Source: Clostridia bacterium
Lineage (GTDB): Bacteria; Bacillota; Clostridia; Christensenellales; DTU072
Assembly: GCA_035381305.1 (NCBI GenBank)
Contig: DAOSYK010000005.1
Span: forward strand, 9,534 to 73,533
Length of the DNA: 64,000 nucleotides
Direction: 5' to 3'
This document shows positions 7,700 through 15,045 of the stretch, piece by piece (position 1 is the first letter of the stretch; each line of letters opens with the position of its first letter). The position numbers were made by a program, and so were the translations under genes. Under the pieces are notes generated by a model that did not search any database, was not told where the DNA came from, and worked only from the letters and a program-made list of their open reading frames with translations.

Positions 7700-8614
7700 A
7701 TGGACAACAACAATGTACAGAATATCAATAACGGCATGCCCGCGTTAGGACCTAACGGACAGGAAGGAACATGGGTGCCGGTGGACCCCGGTACACTTCC
7801 CTTCACCGTGGGCGGCTCGCCCAATCAGCCCGTTCAGGGACCCGACGGCGCCTACTACTGCGTAGCGCAGGCCTCGCCTGATTTTGCCCCCATCGCGGCC
7901 AATCAGTACAACGCCATACCCACGCCCTCGCAGATAGTGCAGCTTCCGGCGATAGTGCAGCCCATTGCTTTGGTGCCCTACACTTCCCAGAATCAGCCTA
8001 TGCTGCAATACGACCCCGGCTATAAGCCCGAGGTACCCATGGGCAACACTGCCGACCCCGTCTACCGGGCAAAACCCTATTCGGCAATAAGCGTTCTGCT
8101 CGCCCTTTTCGCAGTGGTGTCCATAGTCGCTATGTGCGTGCTCACCTGCCTTAAAGGCGCTGCGGGAATGACGGGAATAGATACTATATTCGCCTTGCCC
8201 GCAAAGTTCGGCGTGGAAATGCTCGAAAGCGTATATTACACCGAAATGTTTGCGCTCCTTGGCGAAGGTACGGAAATCCTGCTTACCATTATCGTGTGGG
8301 CTATCCCCGTAATCTTCGCGCTTCTTATCGTGTTTGCGGCAATACTTACCGTTAAGTACCTCATTAGACTTGGCGGAAGAAAGTCTCCCAGATGCTTCAG
8401 CATCCTTGCTCTTATCGGGCTTATCCTTTCGGCGGCTGTGCTTGCTGTGACAGTCTTAAGCAACCCCCTGATAGGATACACACTTGAAGCGGGCATCGGA
8501 CTCTATATAGTTGTTGCTGCGTACCTGTTACTGTTCATCTTCCCCTTCTTTGCCAAGAAAGGTGCGGTGGCAGTTGACCTCGAAGCAAGCAAGAGAGTAT
8601 ACACATACCGCTGA
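7700..8614 (+). CDS. array member H: motif-bearing 4-TM membrane protein
   Basis: GGGAG RBS 7 nt before ATG 7700 (the track uses GTG 7697). IVQLPAIVQPIALVPYTSQNQPMLQY (motif 7955-8011), then the 4-TM module with GIGLYIVVAAYLLLFIFPFFAKKG. Confidence 0.85.
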   Translation: MDNNNVQNINNGMPALGPNGQEGTWVPVDPGTLPFTVGGSPNQPVQGPDGAYYCVAQASPDFAPIAANQYNAIPTPSQIVQLPAIVQPIALVPYTSQNQPMLQYDPGYKPEVPMGNTADPVYRAKPYSAISVLLALFAVVSIVAMCVLTCLKGAAGMTGIDTIFALPAKFGVEMLESVYYTEMFALLGEGTEILLTIIVWAIPVIFALLIVFAAILTVKYLIRLGGRKSPRCFSILALIGLILSAAVLAVTVLSNPLIGYTLEAGIGLYIVVAAYLLLFIFPFFAKKGAVAVDLEASKRVYTYR

Positions 8615-8646
8615 TTTTCCCGCTTACATAATCAAAAATTTATATT

Positions 8647-8674
8647 AAAAGCGAGGACTTTACCTCGCTTTTAT
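8647..8674 (+). terminator. rho-independent terminator after gene H
   Basis: aaaagcgagg / cctcgctttt stem with loop acttta, T-rich 3' side. Confidence 0.6.
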
Positions 8675-8736
8675 ATAAATAAGGTATATTATCATATATA
8701 AAATATAAATAATTTAACAGTATAAAGGAGAATATT

Positions 8737-8961
8737 ATGGTATTCGAAAAAGTAAAGATCCTGCTTTCCGAGCAGTTTTCGGTTAACCCCGAATCAATAA
8801 CATTGGACAGTGACCTCGTTAAGGACCTCGGAGCCGACAGCCTCGACCTTGTTCAGCTCCTCATCACTATGGAGAAAGAGTTCGGCGTGGTGTTCGACGA
8901 CGAGCAGATTCAGAGCGTCAAAACCGTCGAAGATGTGGTAAACTTTATCGAATCACATTAA
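8737..8961 (+). CDS. acpP: acyl carrier protein
   Basis: 74 aa. LGADSLDLVQLLITMEKEFG contains the phosphopantetheine-attachment DSLD motif. AAAGGAG RBS. Confidence 0.9.
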   Translation: MVFEKVKILLSEQFSVNPESITLDSDLVKDLGADSLDLVQLLITMEKEFGVVFDDEQIQSVKTVEDVVNFIESH

Positions 8962-8983
8962 TTTTTATTGTTATAAATATTGG

Positions 8984-9013
8984 TTGACAATAAAAAAGCT
9001 TTTATGGTATATT
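8984..9013 (+). promoter_or_regulatory. sigma-A promoter for rpmG-secE-nusG
   Basis: TTGACA (8984-8989), 18-nt spacer, TATATT (9008-9013), with an extended -10 TGg just upstream. Confidence 0.55.
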
Positions 9014-9057
9014 AAGTAAGCACCTTATCAGGTGTAATTTTTTTGGAGGTGTCTGTT

Positions 9058-9207
9058 ATGCGCGTCAAAATAACGCTTGCTTGCTCCGAATGCAAACAAC
9101 GCAATTACGACAATTATAAAAACAAAAAGAACTCCCCCGACAGACTGGAGTTGAAAAAATACTGCAGATTCTGCAAGAAGCATACCGTTCACAAGGAAAC
9201 GAAGTAA
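9058..9207 (+). CDS. rpmG: 50S ribosomal protein L33
   Basis: Not in the ORF track (49 aa). [49 protein letters not shown] with two CxxC pairs. GGAGG RBS. In the canonical position before secE. Confidence 0.92.
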   Translation: MRVKITLACSECKQRNYDNYKNKKNSPDRLELKKYCRFCKKHTVHKETK

Positions 9208-9220
9208 TCCGGAGGATTAA

Positions 9221-9535
9221 ATGGCGAAAAACGATATAAAACTGGACTTGCCCGAAGTAGTTGACGCTCCTGCGGCGTCGAATGATACTTCCAAAAAGAA
9301 AAGCGCATCCAAGAAGAGTTCGACTAAGCGCAGAAGCATTGCCAAATATTTCCGCGACATCATCAGCGAGCTCAAAAAAGTGGAGTGGGCAAAGTTCAAG
9401 AGAAACAAATCCAACAGCGGCGTAATCGCTCAGACGGGCACCGTGCTTATCGTGGTGCTGTTTTTCACCATAATAATTACGGCCATCGACCTCGGTCTTA
9501 CCGAGCTTTTGACACTGCTTCTCAAGGCCGCGTGA
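9221..9535 (+). CDS. secE: preprotein translocase subunit SecE (extended N-terminus)
   Basis: YFRDIISELKKVEWAKFKRNK followed by a single TM (TGTVLIVVLFFTIIITAIDLGL). Lies between rpmG and nusG. Confidence 0.88.
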   Translation: MAKNDIKLDLPEVVDAPAASNDTSKKKSASKKSSTKRRSIAKYFRDIISELKKVEWAKFKRNKSNSGVIAQTGTVLIVVLFFTIIITAIDLGLTELLTLLLKAA

Positions 9536-9546
9536 CAGGAGTTACA

Positions 9547-10080
9547 ATGAACGAAGTCAACAACAACGTAAAATGGTATATCATACACGTATATTCGGGT
9601 TATGAAGCGAAGGTTAAGGACAACCTTCTGAAGATGATCGAAAACAACAATCTTCAGGACTACATCTTTGAGGTTTCCTTCCCCGTAGAAGAAGACATAG
9701 TGGAGAAAAACGGCAAGAGAAAGGTCGTTGAGAGAAAGAAATTTCCCGGATATGTCTTTGTCAAGATGATATATACCGACCATATCTGGTATATGGTTAC
9801 CAATACCCGCGGCGTAACGGGATTTGTCGGCCCCCAAGGCAAAGCGCAGTCTCTCACTCAGGAAGAGATCAAGAGAATGGGACTCGAGAAGATCAGCACC
9901 GAGGACTTCGACATCATGCCCGGCGACAACGTCAGAGTTGTCAGCGGCGCGCTCGAGACCTTCCTCGGCATAGTGGAAAGCGTCTCTATGGAGAAACAGA
10001 AAGTCAAGGTTATCGTCCAGATGTTCGGCAGACAGACACCGGTCGAACTCGACTTTAACCAGATTGAAAAGATAAACTGA
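9547..10080 (+). CDS. nusG: transcription termination/antitermination factor NusG
   Basis: MNEVNNNVKWYIIHVYSGYEAKV (NGN domain) and the KOW motif GDNVRVVSGALETFLGIV. The track ORF (9385) extends through the secE 3' end in another frame. Confidence 0.93.
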   Translation: MNEVNNNVKWYIIHVYSGYEAKVKDNLLKMIENNNLQDYIFEVSFPVEEDIVEKNGKRKVVERKKFPGYVFVKMIYTDHIWYMVTNTRGVTGFVGPQGKAQSLTQEEIKRMGLEKISTEDFDIMPGDNVRVVSGALETFLGIVESVSMEKQKVKVIVQMFGRQTPVELDFNQIEKIN

Positions 10081-10180
10081 ATATAAGCCCTTACGGGTTT
10101 GTAGATAAAATGGGAGAAAGGCAAAAATCCTAAAAGTGTGCCTTTCGTTTGTACCAAGTAGTCGAAGGAGGAAACAGACT

Positions 10181-10606
10181 ATGGCAAAGAAAATCACCGC
10201 AGTAGTCAAACTGCAACTGCCTGCCGGAAAAGCGACTCCCGGACCGCCTGTAGGCAGCACCCTCGGACCGCACGGCATAGCGATTCCTATGTTCACGAAG
10301 GACTTCAATGAGAAGACTGCAAGTCAGGTCGGACTCATCATCCCCGTGATCATAACCATTTATGCAGACCGTTCGTTCACGTACGAGCTCAAGACCCCGC
10401 CGGCAGCCGTCCTTATCAAGAAGGCAGTAGGCATCGAGAGCGGAAGCGCAAAACCCAACCGTGACAAAGTCGCCAAGATAACCAAGGCGCAGATTGCGGA
10501 AATCGCCAAGACCAAGATGCCCGATCTCAACGCGGCAAGTCTTGACGCCGCCATGAGCATGGTAGCGGGTACTGCGCGCAGCATGGGCGTAGTAGTCGTA
10601 GACTAA
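10181..10606 (+). CDS. rplK: 50S ribosomal protein L11
   Basis: [44 protein letters not shown] before ATG 10181. Confidence 0.95.
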   Translation: MAKKITAVVKLQLPAGKATPGPPVGSTLGPHGIAIPMFTKDFNEKTASQVGLIIPVIITIYADRSFTYELKTPPAAVLIKKAVGIESGSAKPNRDKVAKITKAQIAEIAKTKMPDLNAASLDAAMSMVAGTARSMGVVVVD

Positions 10607-10619
10607 GAGGAGGCAGCAT

Positions 10620-11303
10620 ATGAAATACGGAAAGAAATATACAGACTCTTTGAAGTTGTACGATAGAAGCAAAGTATATGACCCCCAGGAAGCGCTGAAA
10701 ATCGTCGTTGATACGGCTAAGGCCAAGTTTGACGAAACCATAGAGCTTCATTGCAAACTGGGCGTAGACCCCAGACACGCAGACCAGCAGGTAAGAGGCG
10801 TCGTAGTTCTCCCCAACGGAACGGGCAAGACAGTAAGAGTACTTGTCATCACCAAGGGTGTGAAGGCCGACGAAGCAGCCGCCGCAGGCGCCGACTTTGT
10901 GGGCGCTGAAGAAGTCGTCCAGAAGATTCAGGCCGGCTGGGTGGATTTTGACGCGTGCGTCACCACTCCCGACATGATGGGTCTTGTGGGAAGACTCGGT
11001 AAGATCCTCGGTCCCAAGGGACTTATGCCTACTCCCAAAGCCGGAACGGTTACGATGGACGTTGCGAAAGCCGTCAAGGACATCAAAGCCGGTAAGGTGG
11101 AATACAGGGTTGACAAGAGCGCCATTATTCACTGCCCGATCGGAAAGGCCAGCTTCGGTCCCGAAAAGCTCGGTGAAAACTTCAACACCCTTATGGACGC
11201 CATCGTCAAGGCAAAGCCCGCCGCAGCTAAGGGCATATACCTTAGAAGCATCAATATCGCCAGCACCATGGGCCCCGGCATCAAGGTAAGCTACAAGATA
11301 TAA
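10620..11303 (+). CDS. rplA: 50S ribosomal protein L1
   Basis: 227 aa. [35 protein letters not shown] is typical L1. Follows rplK. Confidence 0.95.
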   Translation: MKYGKKYTDSLKLYDRSKVYDPQEALKIVVDTAKAKFDETIELHCKLGVDPRHADQQVRGVVVLPNGTGKTVRVLVITKGVKADEAAAAGADFVGAEEVVQKIQAGWVDFDACVTTPDMMGLVGRLGKILGPKGLMPTPKAGTVTMDVAKAVKDIKAGKVEYRVDKSAIIHCPIGKASFGPEKLGENFNTLMDAIVKAKPAAAKGIYLRSINIASTMGPGIKVSYKI

Positions 11304-11309
11304 TTTTGC

Positions 11310-11339
11310 TTGACACAAAAGCCGTTATCATTGTATAAT
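11310..11339 (+). promoter_or_regulatory. sigma-A promoter for rplJL
   Basis: TTGACA (11310-11315), 18-nt spacer, TATAAT (11334-11339). Confidence 0.55.
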
Positions 11340-11513
11340 GGCGACAACTTAATAAAATAATCTCAATTCAGAGACTGCAGGCACTTCGGTTTAATCGCAT
11401 TACGCGGCCCGCACAGAAATGAGAGAAGATGATAAGATATTGTCATACTCCGCATTTCTAAGTCAAAGAATTGCGGAGTTTTGTTTTAGAAAATATAGAA
11501 GGAGGTAACGAAA
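11340..11513 (+). promoter_or_regulatory. rplJ 5' leader with attenuator hairpin (L10-leader type)
   Basis: A 175-nt untranslated leader between the promoter and rplJ. actccgca (11447-11454) pairs with tgcggagt (11472-11479) and is followed by TTTTGTTTT. This fits the attenuation-type L10 leader known in Firmicutes. Upstream structure not folded. Confidence 0.5.
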
Positions 11514-12002
11514 TTGTCGACATTCAGAGACTTAAAGGTTGAAAAAGTTGCCGAAATAAAGGAAAAGCTTGAAAAAGCAGGTTCTTTTGTTCTCGTTAAC
11601 TATCAGGGTCTTACCGTCGCCGAAGACACCGCGCTGCGCAACGAGTTCCGCAAGAGCGGCGTAGCCTATCACGTGTACAAGAACCGTCTGTTAAAGATCG
11701 CTCTTAACGAGTTGGGTTACAACCAGTTCGACGAAGCTCTCAACGGACCCACCGCGATCGCCATGGGAAGCGACGACATCGCCGCGCCCGCCAGAATTGC
11801 GCTGACAAAGTCCAAAGAGCTCAAGAAGCTCGCTATCAAATGCGGCTTAGTTGACGGCGGTTTTCTCGATGAAGAAGGCTGCAAGACGCTGGCCACGCTC
11901 CCAAGCAAAGAGGGACTCATCGCTCAGATACTTGGATTACTGCAGGCACCTATTGCAGGATTTGCAAGAGTGCTTAACCAAATTGCCGAAAAGCAAGCTT
12001 AA
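11514..12002 (+). CDS. rplJ: 50S ribosomal protein L10
   Basis: TTG start 8 nt after GAAGGAGG. KVAEIKEKLEKAGSFVLVNYQGLTVAEDTALR is typical L10. Confidence 0.93.
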   Translation: MSTFRDLKVEKVAEIKEKLEKAGSFVLVNYQGLTVAEDTALRNEFRKSGVAYHVYKNRLLKIALNELGYNQFDEALNGPTAIAMGSDDIAAPARIALTKSKELKKLAIKCGLVDGGFLDEEGCKTLATLPSKEGLIAQILGLLQAPIAGFARVLNQIAEKQA

Positions 12003-12029
12003 TAAAACATTACACGGAGGAATTTTAAG

Positions 12030-12404
12030 ATGGCAGATATCGCTAAAATAATCGAAGAAGTAAAATCAATGACAGTACTCGAGCTTAACAGTCTCGTTAA
12101 GGCTCTTGAAGAGGAATTCGGCGTAAGCGCCGCCGCTCCTATGGCTGTTGCCGCCGGCCCCGCCGCAGCTGCTCCCGCTCAGGAAGAAGAGAAGACCGAA
12201 TTTGACGTTATCCTTAAGGCTCCCGGCGCCAACAAGATCGCCGTTATCAAGATTGTCAGAGAAGCTACCGGCCTCGGCCTCGTCGAAGCCAAAGCCCTCG
12301 TCGACAATGCTCCGAAGCCCGTTAAGGAAGGCGCCAGCAAGGAAACCGCCAACGAGATCGCCGATAAGCTTAAGGCTGCCGGCGCAGAAGTCGAGATTAA
12401 GTAA
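12030..12404 (+). CDS. rplL: 50S ribosomal protein L7/L12
   Basis: [24 protein letters not shown], Ala/Pro hinge, then [24 protein letters not shown]. Confidence 0.95.
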   Translation: MADIAKIIEEVKSMTVLELNSLVKALEEEFGVSAAAPMAVAAGPAAAAPAQEEEKTEFDVILKAPGANKIAVIKIVREATGLGLVEAKALVDNAPKPVKEGASKETANEIADKLKAAGAEVEIK

Positions 12405-12487
12405 TAACGCTTATCATTCGAAACAAAAAGGAGATTGGCTGCAAAACGCCACATCTCTTTTTTGGCGTCTATACTTAAATGCAAAAA

Positions 12488-12516
12488 AGACCGCACTTTT
12501 TGTCGGTCTTTTTTTG
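12488..12516 (+). terminator. terminator of rplJL
   Basis: agaccg (12488-12493) / cggtct (12504-12509), 10-nt loop, seven T (12510-12516). Confidence 0.7.
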
Positions 12517-12530
12517 TTTATCAGCAATGA

Positions 12531-12557
12531 AAAAACCGCCGGGGAAAGGCGGTTTTT
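12531..12557 (-). terminator. terminator of rplI (bidirectional hairpin)
   Basis: Perfect 10-bp stem aaaaaccgcc / ggcggttttt with loop ggggaaa. A/T runs on both flanks let it terminate the convergent rplL and rplI transcripts. Confidence 0.7.
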
Positions 12558-12586
12558 GCTTGCAAACCGATAATAATTTAGCTTAT

Positions 12587-13027
12587 TTACGCCTTAACTA
12601 CGTTGATGTTGATTTTGGCGTTGTAATTGGGATAGCACCAGATTTCGATGGGAAATACCCCTAAGGATCGGATGTTTTCCTTGAGTTTGATGTTCTTTTT
12701 GTCCACCTTGTAGCCCGCATTTTCCAGCGCTTTTGCGATATCGATTGCGGTCACGCTCCCGTACATCTTGCCGTCCCCGCACTTTACGGGCACGTCGATG
12801 GTTTTGTCAAGCAGAGAGTTGTACAGCGCGAGCGCTCTTTCCTTTTCCTCTGCCTTCTGTTTTGCCTCGTTGGCGAGGCGCTGATTGCGGTTGTTGATAG
12901 CGGCGGGCGTCGCTTCCATACCTAGTTTTTTGGGGATGAGAAAATTGCGCGCGTATCCGTCGTTGACCTCGACGAGGTCTCCCTTTTTCCCCTGACCTTT
13001 TACATCTTCAAGAAGAATGACTTTCAT
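12587..13027 (-). CDS. rplI: 50S ribosomal protein L9
   Basis: [36 protein letters not shown] is the canonical L9 N-terminus. Confidence 0.93.
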   Translation of the reverse strand: MKVILLEDVKGQGKKGDLVEVNDGYARNFLIPKKLGMEATPAAINNRNQRLANEAKQKAEEKERALALYNSLLDKTIDVPVKCGDGKMYGSVTAIDIAKALENAGYKVDKKNIKLKENIRSLGVFPIEIWCYPNYNAKININVVKA

Positions 13028-13143
13028 ACCAAAACTCCTTTTTTGCTTACGTTAAGTATAGTAGAAAAAACCGCCCTTGTCAACTTGATGAATATTTTGT
13101 CCCGTTCGTTTGATACTAACTTTGCTTCAGGAGGATATTTATC

Positions 13144-13452
13144 ATGATGCAGCTAAAATGCACTACGAGCAATTGTCAGCACAATCTGAAATGCCACTGC
13201 AACGCCGGCGTTATTTCGGTGACCGACAGAGCGGCGTGCGACAGCAAGATAAAGAGGGCGGGGGGTGCGCTCGAACAGACCTTCAAAGAGCTTGAAGCGA
13301 GCGACGAGTTTCTCAGCGACGCGCCCGCTGTGGTGCAGTGCACCGCCGAATGCGTCTATAACGAGAAAAACAAATGTAAAGCGACCTCTATCCTTGTCGC
13401 CGACACTGTCTTCAACACCAAGTGCATGACGAGGATAAAACCCAAAAACTAA
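13144..13452 (+). CDS. DUF1540 domain protein (Cys-rich)
   Basis: Two Cys-rich half repeats (CTTSNCQHNLKCHCNAGVISV and VQCTAECVYNEKNKCKATSILV). AGGAGG RBS. Confidence 0.7.
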   Translation: MMQLKCTTSNCQHNLKCHCNAGVISVTDRAACDSKIKRAGGALEQTFKELEASDEFLSDAPAVVQCTAECVYNEKNKCKATSILVADTVFNTKCMTRIKPKN

Positions 13453-14522
13453 ATCACGTTTACGACCGCAATAGCCGCTATCGCCCTGCCTTCGCCGATA
13501 ATGCCGAGGTTTTCGGTAGTAGTGGCTGCGACGCTGACGCGTTCAACAGGTATTTTCAATAATTCTGCCAGCCTCTCGCACATTGAGGGGATAAAAGGGG
13601 CAAGTTTTGGTTTCTGCGCCAGAATCGTAACCGCTACATTTACGATCCCGGCGTTTTTATTTTCAAGGATTTTTACGACTTTCTGCAGTAAAACCGCACT
13701 GTCGATGTTTTTATACTCTTCGTCGCTGTCGGGAAAGTGCACGCCTATATCGCGCTCGCCTGCGGCGGATAGCAAAGCGTCCATGATTGCGTGAATTACC
13801 GCGTCGCCGTCGCTGTGGGCTTTCAGCCCCTTCGGATACGGTATGCTCACGCCGCCCAGAACAAGTGGTTTCCCATCCTCGAAAAAGTGGGTGTCATACC
13901 CTATTCCGACGCGGGAATTTATATTTATCAAGTCCTCAAAATAGGTAATTTTCCGATTGGAGATTTCTCCTTCCACGGCAAATGGCGGCTCGATGTACTT
14001 TGCGAAAAGCTCGCTCTCGTCGGTGTTTAAAAGGCTTTTGTCAAGTTCATACGCTTTTTTAATCAGTTCGGTCTTAAACCCTTGGGGTGTCTGCACAAGA
14101 GCAAGGCTATCTCTGTCAAACGCGCCCACAAATCTGTCCTCGCGCACAAGTCTTACGCTGTCGGAAGGTTTGAGACAGGGGATTGCCGAGTTGTGGTGAA
14201 AAGCCTCGTGCATGACCCGTAAAATAAGCTCCTTTGACACAAACGCCCTCGCTCCGTCGTGGATGAGAACGTAAGGCGCGGTGACAAGTTCCAGCCCGCG
14301 CGCGACCGACTCGGCGCGCGTAGCTCCTCCCTTGGTCACGATGATGTCGGGGATGTCGATATCCCTGTCGGTGACGACAATGATTTTGTCGATTGCGTCG
14401 ATGCCCTGAAAGGCATTTATCGTCTTATTCAGCACGCTTATGCCGTCAAGGTCAAAGCTGAGCTTGTCAATACCCGCTCTTTCGCTCTTTCCGCTTGCGG
14501 CAATTATTACGTCAAACATCAC
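13449..14522 (-). CDS. ispDF: bifunctional IspD/IspF (MEP cytidylyltransferase / MEcPP synthase)
   Basis: N-terminal DVIIAASGKSERAG..LIHDGARAF (IspD) fused to C-terminal RVGIGYDTHFFEDGKPLVLGGVSIPYPKGLKAHSDGDAVIHA (IspF). Confidence 0.88.
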   Translation of the reverse strand: MMFDVIIAASGKSERAGIDKLSFDLDGISVLNKTINAFQGIDAIDKIIVVTDRDIDIPDIIVTKGGATRAESVARGLELVTAPYVLIHDGARAFVSKELILRVMHEAFHHNSAIPCLKPSDSVRLVREDRFVGAFDRDSLALVQTPQGFKTELIKKAYELDKSLLNTDESELFAKYIEPPFAVEGEISNRKITYFEDLININSRVGIGYDTHFFEDGKPLVLGGVSIPYPKGLKAHSDGDAVIHAIMDALLSAAGERDIGVHFPDSDEEYKNIDSAVLLQKVVKILENKNAGIVNVAVTILAQKPKLAPFIPSMCERLAELLKIPVERVSVAATTTENLGIIGEGRAIAAIAVVNVI

Positions 14523-14770
14523 TTGCTCTCTATAATTTCGAAAAGGGAGGCGGACGCGTTTTTTGCGACATTCCCTTCGGGAACTTCCAGCACCCTGAAG
14601 GTGAGTTTCTTATCGCCGAAACCAACGGTTATGACGTCGCCTGGTTTTACGTCCTTGGATGGCTTTGCTTCCTTGCCGTTTACCGTCACTCTGTCGCCCG
14701 AGCATGCCTCGTTTGCCACCGTGCGGCGCTTTATTATTCTTGCCACTTTCAGATATTTGTCAAGTCGCAT
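14519..14770 (-). CDS. S4-domain RNA-binding protein (YabO/Hsp15-like)
   Basis: MRLDKYLKVARIIKRRTVANEACSGDRVTVNGKEAKPSKDVKPGDVI. 4-nt overlap with the ispDF start. Confidence 0.8.
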   Translation of the reverse strand: MRLDKYLKVARIIKRRTVANEACSGDRVTVNGKEAKPSKDVKPGDVITVGFGDKKLTFRVLEVPEGNVAKNASASLFEIIESK

Positions 14771-14877
14771 AGATTCTCCTTATTTTGACTTAAATGATAC
14801 CAACCGGCGCGCCGTTTGTCAATCCTGCGCAATTATAATTTATAAATTTAATTTATATATAAACTGCGAAAAATCAT

Positions 14878-14906
14878 TTGACTTGCTTGACACATCGCTG
14901 TATAAT
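14878..14906 (+). promoter_or_regulatory. sigma-A promoter for rpoBC
   Basis: TTGACT (14878-14883), 17-nt spacer, TATAAT (14901-14906). Leaves a 140-nt leader. Confidence 0.55.
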
Positions 14907-15045
14907 GTTACAATGTCCAAATATAATCAAAAGTGTCGACTTCAGACGGTTTTACCCCCTGAAGACCTGCTGGAAATTTGAGGAAATGTCTAAAATTGCT
15001 TAGAAATGGGCATAATTTTAATAATTTTTTACAAGGAGCAATGCG

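Noticed and set aside
9385-9546. N-terminally extended starts given by the ORF track for nusG (9385), rplK (10136), the DUF218 gene (27830), the second ABC gene (32113), the Lrp gene (60714), the GH38 gene (60593) and gene E (5882).
   Set aside because: The extensions overlap the upstream gene or lack an RBS. Internal starts with good Shine-Dalgarno spacing reproduce the canonical protein N-termini.
12423-12530. RBS-like AAGGAG followed by a short TTG ORF after rplL.
   Set aside because: The spacing to the TTG is only 1 nt. The ORF runs through the rplL terminator hairpin, and the peptide has no features.
14259-14981. 240-aa + strand ORF spanning the ispDF 5' end, the S4 gene and the rpoB promoter region.
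   Set aside because: It is antisense to two recognisable genes, then runs through an AT-rich intergenic promoter region. It has no RBS and no motifs.
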